A stretch of DNA of 64,000 bases. Origin: an uncultured Gemmatimonadales bacterium (GTDB lineage: Bacteria > Gemmatimonadota > Glassbacteria > GWA2-58-10). Shown here piece by piece: positions 19,414 through 29,335 of the stretch. The translations under genes and the position numbers were made by a program. The stretch spans positions 8,656 through 72,655 of the forward strand of contig CAZJQI010000009.1 in assembly GCA_964548275.1 (NCBI GenBank). Reading direction: 5' to 3'. The notes under the pieces were generated by a model. The model did not search any database. It saw only the letters and a program-made list of their open reading frames with translations, and was not told the DNA's origin. Each line of letters begins with the position of its first letter. Within the stretch, counting starts at the first letter, position 1.

Positions 19414-20184
19414 ATGATGGAGATAGTTATTAAAGAGACTTACGAGGAAATGAGCCAGCTTGCCGCCCAGTTGATTGCCGAGATTATCCGCAGAAAGCCG
19501 CGCGCCGTGATCGGTCTCGCCACAGGTAGTACTCCTCTCGGAACCTACCGTGAACTGATCAAAATGCACAGGGAAGAGGGGCTGGATTTCTCGCAAGTAG
19601 TCTCTTTCAATCTCGATGAATATGTCGGGCTGCCGAAAGATAACGAACAGAGCTATCATTATTTCATGTGGGAAAACCTGTTTAAACATATCAACATCGT
19701 GCCCGCAAATGTTCATATTCCGGATGGCATGGCTGCTGATCTGAAAGAGGCCTGCGATACCTTCGAGATCGAAATCGATGACCACGGCGGAATCGATGTT
19801 CAGTGGCTTGGTATCGGCCACAACGGCCATATTGCGTTCAACGAGCCTGGCAGCTCTCTCGGCTCGCGGACAAGAATCAAAACCCTGACTGAGAAGACCC
19901 GGCAGGACAACGCGCGCTTTTTCGACAGCATCGACAAGGTTCCCAAGTACTGCGTAACAATGGGTATCGGTACGATACTCGAAGCCCGCAAACTGGTTCT
20001 TCTGGCCAATGGCGAGAACAAAGCCGAGGCGATCCAGGCGACCCTGGAGGGCCCTATCACAGTGAGCGTGCCGGCAAGCGCGATCCAGCTCCACCCTGAT
20101 GTAACAGTGATCATGGACAGAGCAGCCGCATCAAAGCTCACTCGCGAATACCATACCGAGCCATCTCACCTTAACCGCCAATAG
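19414..20184 (+). CDS. nagB: glucosamine-6-phosphate deaminase
   Basis: 'GLATGSTPLGTY', 'FNLDEYVGL' and 'GIGHNGHIAFNEPGS' are canonical NagB motifs. GGGAGG RBS upstream. Confidence 0.9.
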   Translation: MMEIVIKETYEEMSQLAAQLIAEIIRRKPRAVIGLATGSTPLGTYRELIKMHREEGLDFSQVVSFNLDEYVGLPKDNEQSYHYFMWENLFKHINIVPANVHIPDGMAADLKEACDTFEIEIDDHGGIDVQWLGIGHNGHIAFNEPGSSLGSRTRIKTLTEKTRQDNARFFDSIDKVPKYCVTMGIGTILEARKLVLLANGENKAEAIQATLEGPITVSVPASAIQLHPDVTVIMDRAAASKLTREYHTEPSHLNRQ

Positions 20185-20241
20185 GATTGAAAACATCGGG
20201 GCCGGTATTCAACAGTTCCTTTTATCTTAAATACACACCCC

Positions 20242-20275
20242 GCCTGCTTCGCAGGCACCCCTCTTGTTAGAGGGG
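20242..20275. terminator. two adjacent hairpins between convergent nagB and ftsY (terminator-like)
   Basis: GCCTGC-TTC-GCAGGC (20242-20256) and CCCCTCT-TGTT-AGAGGGG (20258-20275). The U-tract is weak. Confidence 0.35.
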
Positions 20276-20363
20276 ATTTGCGGGCCGGCATTCTTTTTGC
20301 TTAATCATCGTGTGCAGGGAAGCGAATATTGGGATATTTGCAAAAAGGATGCCGGCCCGCCCC

Positions 20364-21299
20364 TTACGAGAGTATCTTGTCCACGTAGCGGTCCGGGTCG
20401 AATTGCTCCAGGTCCTCCAGCTTCTCTCCCACCCCGACAAGCTTGATCGGCAAACCCAACTGCCCGGTGATCGCCATAGCGAAGCCTGCCTTGCTGGTGC
20501 CGTCAAACTTGGCCAGCAGAAGGCCCGTGACTGTGAGTTTTTCATGGAAGATTCTGGCCTGGTTTATCGAATTCTGCCCTAATGTGCTGTCCAGTACGAG
20601 AAGAACCTCATGCGGCGCGCCCTGGTGTCTTTTCGCCAACACACGTTTCATTTTAACCAGTTCTTCCATCAGCCCGATCTTGGTATGCAGCCTGCCGGCT
20701 GTATCCAGAATCACCACATCGGTTCCTCTGCTCATCGCTGCACTTACCGCATCGTATGCCACAGCTGCCGGGTCCGCCCCTGCCTGCTGTTTGATCAAAT
20801 CGCAGCCCAGCCTCGCCGCCCAGTTCTCAATCTGCTCGATTGCTCCGGCCCGGTAGGTATCCCCGGCAGCCAGCAGTACCTGCTTGCCTTCTGCCTGAAA
20901 ACGGTGGGCCAGCTTGGCGATACTGGTGGTCTTGCCCACGCCGTTCACTCCCACGACAAGGATCACTGTCGGTCCCGAGGGTGCCAGCTTGAAAGCGGTT
21001 TTGCCGGCAGTGATCTCGAAAACGCGCCGTATCTCCCGCCTGAAAAGGTTACGCAAATCATCCTCGCTGCGCAGTTTCCCTTTCTTTCCCTCTGCGGTCA
21101 GGGAGTCAACTATGCTCAAGCTGGGCCCGACCCCGAAATCGCTCTCCAGGAGAAGTTGCTCCAGATCCTGGATACTTGCCGTGTCAAGGCCCTTCACCAT
21201 CACCTCTACATCCAGCAGGGCCACATCCTTGATCCTCGTCCAGAGGGATTTTTTCTTCCTTTCCTCTTGGATGTCTTTCTTGCTGAAAAACTTTGCCAT
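20364..21299 (-). CDS. ftsY: signal recognition particle receptor FtsY
   Basis: NG domain with 'GVNGVGKTTSIAKLA', 'DTAGRLH' and 'LAKFDGTSKAG'. Short N-terminal region. Confidence 0.92.
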   Translation of the reverse strand: MAKFFSKKDIQEERKKKSLWTRIKDVALLDVEVMVKGLDTASIQDLEQLLLESDFGVGPSLSIVDSLTAEGKKGKLRSEDDLRNLFRREIRRVFEITAGKTAFKLAPSGPTVILVVGVNGVGKTTSIAKLAHRFQAEGKQVLLAAGDTYRAGAIEQIENWAARLGCDLIKQQAGADPAAVAYDAVSAAMSRGTDVVILDTAGRLHTKIGLMEELVKMKRVLAKRHQGAPHEVLLVLDSTLGQNSINQARIFHEKLTVTGLLLAKFDGTSKAGFAMAITGQLGLPIKLVGVGEKLEDLEQFDPDRYVDKILS

Positions 21300-21522
21300 G
21301 CGAAATTCCCTTCGCCTGTTAATTACAATCCTGGCGGCTCCAGAAGTTTAAGTAATCTACACACGAGGCTGATTCTTGTCAATCGAGGCTACAGTGTAGC
21401 CCCAGTATGGTTTACCTGCTGGACAACAGCGAGGTTTTTGAATAGATTTGATAGATTGGAATAGCTTGAATCAATCCTGCTTTTAGATAAAATGTGCATG
21501 AAAAACCACTTGGAGTTCTTTG

Positions 21523-23412
21523 ATGACCTTACCTGTTTTTAAGGATGCCCTTCGGGATTCGATTCTGGTCTGTGACGGTGCAATGGGAACGCTGATCTAT
21601 TCCCGCGGCGTGCACCTGAGCCGCTGTTTCGATGAGGTGAACTTCTCGAATCCCTTTCTGGTGAGCAAAATCCACCACGACTATATCAACGCCGGGGCAC
21701 GGGTGATCGAGACCAACACTTTCGGGGCCAACCGCCTGAAACTCGCTCGCCACGCCCTGGCTGATCAGATCGAAAAGATTGTCGCAGCAGGAGTGAAAAT
21801 CGCCCGCGAGGCTGCAGATGAGGCCGGGGGGGTTTACGTGGCTGGTTCGGTAGGCCCGCTGGGAGTCAGGCTCGATCATCCGGAGGGAATCCGAAGGCCA
21901 GAGGCGCAAGAGTTGTTTGCCGAACATATCGGGCTGCTTTTAGACAACAGTGTCGACCTGTTGATCCTGGAAACCTTTGTCGATCCGCAGGAGCTGGCCC
22001 TGGCCTGTGAGGTGGTCAGGGAACTGAATGGCGACTTCCCGGTGGTTGCCTCGGCTGTTTTCGACGAAAAGGAACTCTGCGGTGGTAAAACGCCTGAGGA
22101 GTTGGTGCGCCTTCTGGTGCCTCTCAAGCCGGATGCAATCGGTGTCAACTGCCGGCTGAGTGCGGACAAGATGCTGCCCGTTCTGGAGCAGATGCACGCG
22201 GTTACCAGCCTTCCACTTTCGGCCATGTCGGATGCCGGGGAGGCACGATTGGTGGATGACCGGGACATGTATATCTCCACGCCGGAGTTTGTGGCCGAGT
22301 ATGCAAGGCGGGCGATCCAGAGCGCCGGGGTCAAGCTCGTGGGCGGCTGCTGTGGTACCAATCCCGGCCATATCCGGGCAATCGCCGCCACAGTGCGCAT
22401 GCTTCAGTCCTCAAGCCGGACAGTCAGTGTCAGGCCCAGGGAAACAAGACCCGAGAAGGCCGAGGTACAGACCGTCCCCTGGCAGGAAAAAACATCGTTC
22501 GCTGCCAGGCTCGCTGGGGGCAAGTTTGTCAGCAGCGTGGAGATCAGGCCGCCGAAAGGTCTTGATACCTCAGGGATCAGAACTGCCCTGGAGGGGCTCA
22601 GGCGAGCCGGTGTAGATGCGATGAACATACCGGACGGCCCCCGCGCCACTGCACGGATGAATCCAATTCATATCGCTTCGCAGCTTAATAATTATCCGGA
22701 TGAGATAGAGGTGATAGTGCATTGCACCTGCCGCGACCGCAATCTTCTGGGGCTCCAGGCCGACCTGCTAGGTGCCCACAGCCTGGGTCTGCGCAATCTG
22801 CTGGCCGTTACAGGGGATCCGCCCAAACTCGGTGATTACCCGGATTCCACGGCCGTGTACGACGTGGACGCGATCGGCCTGGTGGCGATTATCGACCGGC
22901 TCAACCATGGCGAGGATGTTGGCGGGCGGCCCATAAGCGAGCCGACCAGGTTCCTGATCGGGGTGGGAGTAAATCCCGGAGCGGTTAATCTGGATGAGGA
23001 GGTAAAACGCCTCTGGACCAAGATCGAAAACGGGGCAGAGTATGTTTTCACCCAGCCTGTTTTCGATCTTGATTATCTCGACAGGTTTCTCCTCCGGGCG
23101 GGAGAGCTGCCGATCCCGCTGCTTGCCGGCTACTACCCGCTATACAGTTACAGGAACGCCGAGTTTCTGCACAGCGAGGTGCCGGGGATGACTATCCCCG
23201 AGGACGTGATGGCCAGGATGAAAGAAGCAGGTAGCGGGCCCGGTGCCCAGGATACCGGAGTCCAGATCGCCCGCGAGGCGCTGGAATCGATTTACGACCG
23301 CGTGCAGGGAGCCTATATCATGCCTCCATTCGATAAATGGGAGCTTGCCGTGCGCGTGCTTGACAGGTTTACCGAGCCACCGCAGGCGAAAGACTCAAAC
23401 CGATCCAGATAA
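21523..23412 (+). CDS. bifunctional homocysteine S-methyltransferase / 5,10-methylenetetrahydrofolate reductase (YitJ-type)
   Basis: The N-terminal Hcy-binding domain has the zinc-ligand pattern ('GVNC', 'GGCCGTNPGHI'). The C-terminal MTHFR domain has 'VEIRPPKG' and 'LLAVTGDPPKLGDYP'. ATG 21523 lies 7 nt after GGAG. The ORF track starts at TTG 21520. Confidence 0.85.
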   Translation: MTLPVFKDALRDSILVCDGAMGTLIYSRGVHLSRCFDEVNFSNPFLVSKIHHDYINAGARVIETNTFGANRLKLARHALADQIEKIVAAGVKIAREAADEAGGVYVAGSVGPLGVRLDHPEGIRRPEAQELFAEHIGLLLDNSVDLLILETFVDPQELALACEVVRELNGDFPVVASAVFDEKELCGGKTPEELVRLLVPLKPDAIGVNCRLSADKMLPVLEQMHAVTSLPLSAMSDAGEARLVDDRDMYISTPEFVAEYARRAIQSAGVKLVGGCCGTNPGHIRAIAATVRMLQSSSRTVSVRPRETRPEKAEVQTVPWQEKTSFAARLAGGKFVSSVEIRPPKGLDTSGIRTALEGLRRAGVDAMNIPDGPRATARMNPIHIASQLNNYPDEIEVIVHCTCRDRNLLGLQADLLGAHSLGLRNLLAVTGDPPKLGDYPDSTAVYDVDAIGLVAIIDRLNHGEDVGGRPISEPTRFLIGVGVNPGAVNLDEEVKRLWTKIENGAEYVFTQPVFDLDYLDRFLLRAGELPIPLLAGYYPLYSYRNAEFLHSEVPGMTIPEDVMARMKEAGSGPGAQDTGVQIAREALESIYDRVQGAYIMPPFDKWELAVRVLDRFTEPPQAKDSNRSR

Positions 23413-23424
23413 GGAGGATCAAAC

Positions 23425-23706
23425 ATGGATAGAATCAAAACCAGAAAAATGGAACTGGAGGAGGCTAGAAAGCTGGGCATTGATTCCTGGAGCAAGTGGG
23501 AGTGCGAGCCCTCGACATTTGATTGGTACTATCCGAACAGTGAAACAGCCTATATTTTCGAGGGAGATGTGGCGGTTACCACCGATCAGGAAAAAGTCAA
23601 TCTAACCGGCGGGATGCTGGTCACTTTTCCCGCAGGAATGAGCTGCACCTGGGAGGTGAAAAAGAAGATCAGCAAGGTGTACACCTTTGATTTCAAGGAA
23701 AAGTAA
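23425..23706 (+). CDS. small cupin-domain protein (DUF861/cupin_3-like)
   Basis: 93 aa, 'WSKWECEPSTFDWYYPNSETAYIFEGDVAV...VTFPAGMSCTWEV' fits the cupin_3 pattern. Strong RBS TAAGGAGG. Confidence 0.6.
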   Translation: MDRIKTRKMELEEARKLGIDSWSKWECEPSTFDWYYPNSETAYIFEGDVAVTTDQEKVNLTGGMLVTFPAGMSCTWEVKKKISKVYTFDFKEK

Positions 23707-23931
23707 GCAAGTCTGGTAAGATGAAACCCTGTTTAAGAGAATGCTTTTTCTCCATTCAACCATTTTTTTTCAGAACCATTCGTATTATTTGGGGTTAGGG
23801 GGATATAGTTACCTTTGATAGCCTGTAATAAATTGACTGGATAAGGTCTGAATTCGCTGCAGCAACACTTTTGATTTTCTTCAGTTACTGCAAATTATCT
23901 CGGAAAGAATTCAGGGATTTCCAACAATTTC

Positions 23932-23960
23932 TTGACTAAAAGCTAAAAGATGATTAGTAT
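23932..23960 (+). promoter_or_regulatory. candidate sigma-70 promoter upstream of smc
   Basis: TTGACT (23932-23937), 17-nt spacer, TAGTAT (23955-23960), in an AT-rich 334-bp intergenic region. Confidence 0.35.
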
Positions 23961-24040
23961 ATATAGAAGTCATGCAAGATATGTATGGCAATTGCATTTT
24001 TATTTTTTATCATTTCCTCACTCGCTCCATATCAGGCTGC

Positions 24041-27000
24041 ATGAATCTGAAATCGATTGAAATCTCAGGCTTCAAGTCTTTCGCCGACCGGGTGAAACTC
24101 ACCTTTCCCAGAGGTATAACCTCGATTGTCGGGCCCAACGGTTGCGGCAAAACAAATGTCATCGAGGCGATGCGCTGGGTTCTCGGCGAGCAGAATATCC
24201 GCACCCTGCGCGGTGCAAGAATGGAAGAGGTAATTTTCAACGGCACGGTCCAGCGCAAGCCCCTGGGAATGGCCGAGGTGTGTCTCAACTTCGACGACCC
24301 CGAGGGGCAAATGGGCTTCGATACGGGTGAGTTCGTTATCGGCCGCCAGATTTTCCGCAGCGGAGAGAGCAACTATCATATCAATTTCAAATCCTGCAGG
24401 CTCAAGGATATCCAGGACCTGTTCATGGATACCGGCATTGGCAGTAACGCCTACTCGATGATCGAGCAGCGGATGGTGGAGGAGATTCTGAGCGATAAGG
24501 CGGATGAGCGGCGCTTCCTTTTCGAGGAGGCCGCCGGAATCCAGAAATACAAGCTTCGGCGCAAGTACGCCCTGCGTAAGCTGGAGACAACCGAGGGAGA
24601 TCTCCAGAGGATAAACGACATTGTTGGCGAGGTTCAACGCACTGTGAATTCACTCCAGCGCCAGGTGCGCAAAGCTCGCAGCTACAAGCGGCTCAGCGAA
24701 AAGCTGCGCAGGGTGGCGGTAACTCTCGCCCGGGCTGAACTGGAGAAGCTCATGGTAGAGGAAAAGCCCCTGGCCGAGCGGTTGAACGTGCTCAAAGACG
24801 AGCTGGCGCAGGCCGCTGCGGCAGAGAGCACCCAGGCGGCAAGAAGCGAGGAGCTGCGTACCCGGATCAATGACCGCCAGAGGGCCGCTGAGGAGCTTTT
24901 CAACAGTCTGACTGAATTCAATCAGCAGATCAGGCAGGCAGAGGAGGAGCTTACTGTAATCAGGGAGAAACGGGCCGCAAGCCGCGAGTGGATTGCCGAA
25001 AGCCAGAGAAAGCTTCTGAGCCTGAAAGAAAATATCGAGCGAAGAAAAGAGGAACTGGCCGGCTACAGCCGTCAGGTCGAGGAACTTCGAACAGCAGTGC
25101 AGGCCAGCGAGAAAGAATACGAAAAAGCGCGCAACCAGACTGATGAAAAAAGCCGGATCGTGGACGAGGCACGGGAGGAACTGGCCTCTGCGCAGTCTCA
25201 ACGTGAGCAGTTACTCCACCGCGTAGCGACCTGTACCAGCAAGGTCGAGGCTTTAGAAGATTCCGCAGGCTACGAGAAAAAGCGCTCGGCCCAACTCGAG
25301 GAACAGGCCTCCAGACTTGCTGAGGAGCATCAAAGGCTGGAGGATAGGCTTTCCAAGCTGGAAGAAAAACTCAAGAGTCTGGCCCAGGAGCGGAAAGTTC
25401 GCGCCCGGGAGGCGGAGGAAACCGGCGGCCGTTTGGAGGAGGCGCGCACACGGGTTGATGATTTGAAAGAAAAATTGTCCCGCGTTTCGATCGAACAGGA
25501 AAGCCTCAGGGGAGAAAAAGAACTTCTCCAAAGACTTCAGAAAGAAATGGAGGGTTATGGAGAGGGAGTCCGCGCTCTATTTACGGACGGTGCCAGCAGA
25601 GAGGGACTCGAGGGTGTGGCTGCGGAAATATTCACCACCAACAGCAGGTATGAGCGCGCCGTGGAAGCGGCCCTGGGCATGCGTATCCAGAGCATTGTCG
25701 CCAGCGACACGAACGCGATGCTCAAGGCTATCAGACGCTTGAAAGAAAACGGTACAGGCAGCGCTACCTTTTTCTCCCGCGACCTGGTTAATGGATCCGC
25801 TGGTGACAACCGGAAAATCGACGGGCCGGTGCTGGTTTACTGCGACGAAGTTGTAGAATGCAGCAAGAAGTATGATTTCCTGCGTAAACTCCTCTTTAGC
25901 GACGTGGCCATCGTGGAAGACCTTCAGACCGCAGTCGATCTGCAGAAAAAGAGCAAAAGGCCGCTGCATGTGGTAACCCTGTCCGGTGAGACTATTTACC
26001 AGTATGCCGTCTCCGGCGGCTCGACAGAAAAATCCGGTTTGGCATTGCTCAAACGCCGGCGCAGAATGGAAGAAATCACGGCTGAAATCGGCCGGACATC
26101 CTCGAGGATAGGCAAGCTGGAACAGCAGATCCAGGCTGAGGCTGTCAGGATAGCGGAGCTTGAAAATGAAAACCGCCAGCGCCTGGATCTGCTCAAAGAT
26201 GTTGATGAGTCCCTAGGCGAGTTTCGCGCCGGCTACACAGGAGTTTCCCTCGAGTGTAAGAGCTTGCTTTCCCGGAAAGAGGCTGCCGAAACCCAGGCCC
26301 GCGAAGCGGATTCCAAGGTGCAGCAGCTTGCCGCGGAACGGGATGAGATGATTGAAAAAGCCAATTCTGCCCGCCAGGACCTGGATCAACTTGAACAGCA
26401 GAACGAATCGCTCCGGGAGGAGTTGAATGTCCGCGAAAACGCTTTCAGGCAAGAAGGCGGCATGTTTCAGGAGCTCTCGATGAGACTCGCCGAGCGTAGA
26501 GCTCGTCTGGGAGAAATCGAGAAGAGCCTTTCTCTGCTCGAGCGCGAATATACTGCCGTATCTGCCGAGGCCCAGGAGCTGGAAAAGGAGATTGAACAGA
26601 GGAAAAACATGCTCGCCCAGTTGAACGAGCAGGAAAGCAATGTTCGTAGCGATCTGGATGAATCGTTTGCCGCACGGGAAAAACTGAACGAAGAAAAAGA
26701 GCAATACGAGCAGGCCCTTGCAGAGTTAAGAATGGGGTCGGAGGAAATCGAGAAAGAGTTGCGCAGGCTTAGAGAGGAAAAGGAGGCAGCAGTGGAGGCG
26801 CGGCACCAGGTGGAAATCGAGCTGGAGAGAATTTCGGCGCGAAGGTCGCTGGTCATTCAGCAGATTGAAGACAACCACGGTGTAGATGTCTCGGACCTGG
26901 AGGAGGATTTTCCCTATTTCCCGAACGAGGAGGAGTGTGAAAAAGGGGAGCAGGCGAGCCAGGAACTTGTCGATCAGCTCCGGGAGCGTATCCGCAGGCT

Positions 27001-27652
27001 CGGCCCGGTCAATGTTCTCGCCATCGAGGAATACGACAGGGAAAAAGAGCGGCTCGACTTTCTCCAGCAGCAGCGAGATGATCTGATCGGCGCACGCGAA
27101 AGCCTTCTCCGGTTGATCGATGAGATCAACAAGACTGCCCGCGAACGTTTCCTGGTCACCTTTACCAGGGTTCAGGAGAATTTTCAGGATATTTTCTCCT
27201 CTCTTTTCGAGGGCGGCCAGGCGCATGTGAGCCTGACTGACGAAACCGATCCCCTGGAGAGCCCCATCGAGGTAGTTGCCCGACCGAGAGGCAAGAAGAT
27301 GCTCGGCCTGGGATTGCTCTCAGGAGGAGAAAAAGCGCTCACCGCACTGGCGCTTCTGTTTGCAATCTATTCGGTAAAGCCATCGCCATTCTGCATCCTC
27401 GATGAGGCGGACGCACCGCTGGATGACGCCAATATTGACCGCTTCCTCTCTATCATCCGCAAGTATTCGCACAATACCCAGTTCATTATCGTCACACACA
27501 ACAAGCGCACCATGGAAGCCGCAGACTGTCTCTACGGGGTAACCATGCAGGAGGCGGGGGTTTCCAATGTCGTATCCGTACGCCTGGGCCAGGTGCGAGA
27601 TGACGGCCAGATTATTTATGAAGAAGCCGAAGAGCAAAAAGTCAGCGCATAA
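24041..27652 (+). CDS. smc: chromosome segregation protein SMC
   Basis: 'MNLKSIEISGFKSFADR', Walker A 'GPNGCGKTN', long coiled coils with a central hinge, signature 'LSGGEKALTALALLFA' and Walker B 'CILDEADAPLD'. Start chosen at ATG 24041. Confidence 0.95.
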   Translation: MNLKSIEISGFKSFADRVKLTFPRGITSIVGPNGCGKTNVIEAMRWVLGEQNIRTLRGARMEEVIFNGTVQRKPLGMAEVCLNFDDPEGQMGFDTGEFVIGRQIFRSGESNYHINFKSCRLKDIQDLFMDTGIGSNAYSMIEQRMVEEILSDKADERRFLFEEAAGIQKYKLRRKYALRKLETTEGDLQRINDIVGEVQRTVNSLQRQVRKARSYKRLSEKLRRVAVTLARAELEKLMVEEKPLAERLNVLKDELAQAAAAESTQAARSEELRTRINDRQRAAEELFNSLTEFNQQIRQAEEELTVIREKRAASREWIAESQRKLLSLKENIERRKEELAGYSRQVEELRTAVQASEKEYEKARNQTDEKSRIVDEAREELASAQSQREQLLHRVATCTSKVEALEDSAGYEKKRSAQLEEQASRLAEEHQRLEDRLSKLEEKLKSLAQERKVRAREAEETGGRLEEARTRVDDLKEKLSRVSIEQESLRGEKELLQRLQKEMEGYGEGVRALFTDGASREGLEGVAAEIFTTNSRYERAVEAALGMRIQSIVASDTNAMLKAIRRLKENGTGSATFFSRDLVNGSAGDNRKIDGPVLVYCDEVVECSKKYDFLRKLLFSDVAIVEDLQTAVDLQKKSKRPLHVVTLSGETIYQYAVSGGSTEKSGLALLKRRRRMEEITAEIGRTSSRIGKLEQQIQAEAVRIAELENENRQRLDLLKDVDESLGEFRAGYTGVSLECKSLLSRKEAAETQAREADSKVQQLAAERDEMIEKANSARQDLDQLEQQNESLREELNVRENAFRQEGGMFQELSMRLAERRARLGEIEKSLSLLEREYTAVSAEAQELEKEIEQRKNMLAQLNEQESNVRSDLDESFAAREKLNEEKEQYEQALAELRMGSEEIEKELRRLREEKEAAVEARHQVEIELERISARRSLVIQQIEDNHGVDVSDLEEDFPYFPNEEECEKGEQASQELVDQLRERIRRLGPVNVLAIEEYDREKERLDFLQQQRDDLIGARESLLRLIDEINKTARERFLVTFTRVQENFQDIFSSLFEGGQAHVSLTDETDPLESPIEVVARPRGKKMLGLGLLSGGEKALTALALLFAIYSVKPSPFCILDEADAPLDDANIDRFLSIIRKYSHNTQFIIVTHNKRTMEAADCLYGVTMQEAGVSNVVSVRLGQVRDDGQIIYEEAEEQKVSA

Positions 27653-27934
27653 GCTAATTATCCCTCGTAAATCGAGATAAATTTATTCCTTCCTGCCTCA
27701 TCGGATTCATTCCCGCTATGTTCAGATCTCTCGCTTATTTTCTTACTTAAGTCTTAATAATGTTCAATTGGGAAGACATCTCCGGCTGGTTGAAGTGAAA
27801 AGGGGGGAAGTTCAGACTGAATTTTGCCCTAACCTATTAGAATATAAGAAAATACGACAAAGATATTGCGCTTTTTGCGATTTTGAGTTATTATTGTCCA
27901 CCAATATCCGACCCCTCTTCCCGAGGAACCTCCC

Positions 27935-29260
27935 TTGGCCAATATGCCCAAAGTAATTAAAGGATTTGCCGAGGAAACCACCACGCTCAGTTATCCTGAA
28001 GCGATAGAGGAGGCAGGACGCTGCTATCTGTGCCATAATGCCCCCTGCTGCGAGGCTTCACCCACAAAGACCGATATCACCGGGTTTATCGCCAGGATGC
28101 GATCGCGCAACTTTCGAGGAGCCTTGCGTCTGGTCAAAGAGAAAAATTTCTTTCCTGGAATTACCTCGCGGGTCAGCCCGTACGACCAGCAGTGCGAGGA
28201 GGCCTGTCTGCGAAAAAAATACGGTGGTCCGGTCAGGATCGCGGAACTGGAGCGGGTTCTCGCCGAGTACGACCGCAATTCCAAAAACCCCTATCTTCCC
28301 GAGATTCCGGAGAGCATTGATAAGACCGTGGCAATAGTGGGAAGTGGGCCTACAGGGCTGTCAGCGGCTGTTGAATTGGTGCTCAACGGTTGCAAAGTGA
28401 TCATGTACGAATCAGCCCGGATCGCTGGCGGTGTGTTTACCAAGGGTATTCCGAGCTACCTGATCAGCGACGAGGTGATCGCACACGAGGTGAATGGAGT
28501 GCTCGAATTGGGCGTTGACCTGGTGACCGGGATTAACGCAGGCGAAAGTATAAACCTGGTTAGTATGAAACGCAGTTTCGATGCCCTTTTTCTTGCAATC
28601 GGAATGGGTGTGCCACGGAAACTGGCTGTTCAAGGGATCGAGAAAGGAGATATCTTTACCGGACTAGAAATTCTCGAATCGCTAAAACTCAAGGAGAAAA
28701 GGCTTCGTCTCGGAGAAAATATTGTGATTGTGGGTGGGGGCAATGTCTCACTGGACGTGGCAACGGCGCTTCTCAAGCTCGAAATAAATGATGTCACTAT
28801 CCTGTACCGCCGGGACAGGGAACACATGCCGGTTTTCCAATCGCGTTACCGGCTGGCTGAAGAAATGGGGATGAGGATCAAATTCCGCACAGTGCTTAAA
28901 GAGATAATCAGCAATGACCAGCGTACGATTACCGAGGTTGTCTGCAAGAAGACCGAGTTGAAGGAAAAGGATGACACGCAGGTTGTTGCCGAGCCGATCG
29001 AGGGTAGCGAGTTCACCCTGCCCGCTGATACAGTCATTTTCTCCATCGGCCAGGAGCTGGACAGAGACCTGGTAGAAATGTTCAACCTCGAAACCACCGA
29101 AGAGGGAAGGATTAAGGTCGATCCTGAAACGAGTCAAACCAATGATTCTTTTATTTTCGCTGCGGGAAGCTGTGTCGAGCGGATTGATACGGTAGTCGAT
29201 GCGATCGCCAGGGGAAAGGACGTCGCCCGCAAAATTGTGAGAAAATTACTGGAAGAATGA
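27935..29260 (+). CDS. GltD/PreT-like NAD(P)H-dependent FAD oxidoreductase subunit
   Basis: The N-terminal Cys-rich region ('CYLCHNAPCCEASP...CEEACL') and dinucleotide folds ('VAIVGSGPTGLSAA', 'IVIVGGGNVSLDVA') fit the glutamate-synthase small-subunit/PreT family. The start is TTG 27935 or ATG 27944. Confidence 0.72.
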   Translation: MANMPKVIKGFAEETTTLSYPEAIEEAGRCYLCHNAPCCEASPTKTDITGFIARMRSRNFRGALRLVKEKNFFPGITSRVSPYDQQCEEACLRKKYGGPVRIAELERVLAEYDRNSKNPYLPEIPESIDKTVAIVGSGPTGLSAAVELVLNGCKVIMYESARIAGGVFTKGIPSYLISDEVIAHEVNGVLELGVDLVTGINAGESINLVSMKRSFDALFLAIGMGVPRKLAVQGIEKGDIFTGLEILESLKLKEKRLRLGENIVIVGGGNVSLDVATALLKLEINDVTILYRRDREHMPVFQSRYRLAEEMGMRIKFRTVLKEIISNDQRTITEVVCKKTELKEKDDTQVVAEPIEGSEFTLPADTVIFSIGQELDRDLVEMFNLETTEEGRIKVDPETSQTNDSFIFAAGSCVERIDTVVDAIARGKDVARKIVRKLLEE

Positions 29261-29335
29261 ACCAGACCTCTCTTAAGTGAAATATTCTCTCGTTATTATC
29301 AGGGTTGTGGTTCATTTTCTCCTCCAGGGGAAAAA

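Noticed and set aside
21387-21401. A perfect 15-bp palindrome GGCTACAGTGTAGCC in the ftsY/yitJ divergent promoter region, and TTGGCA-N4-TGCCAA at 5891-5906 upstream of tsaE.
   Set aside because: Arms of 6-7 bp are expected several times by chance in 64 kb. There is no second copy or associated regulator in the window. I noted them but do not count them as evidence.
21300-21519. I expected a SAM (S-box) or THF riboswitch upstream of the YitJ-type gene, as in Bacillus yitJ.
   Set aside because: I could not find the conserved S-box core or any multi-helix junction in the 220-bp region. Only a covariance-model scan could exclude a divergent class.
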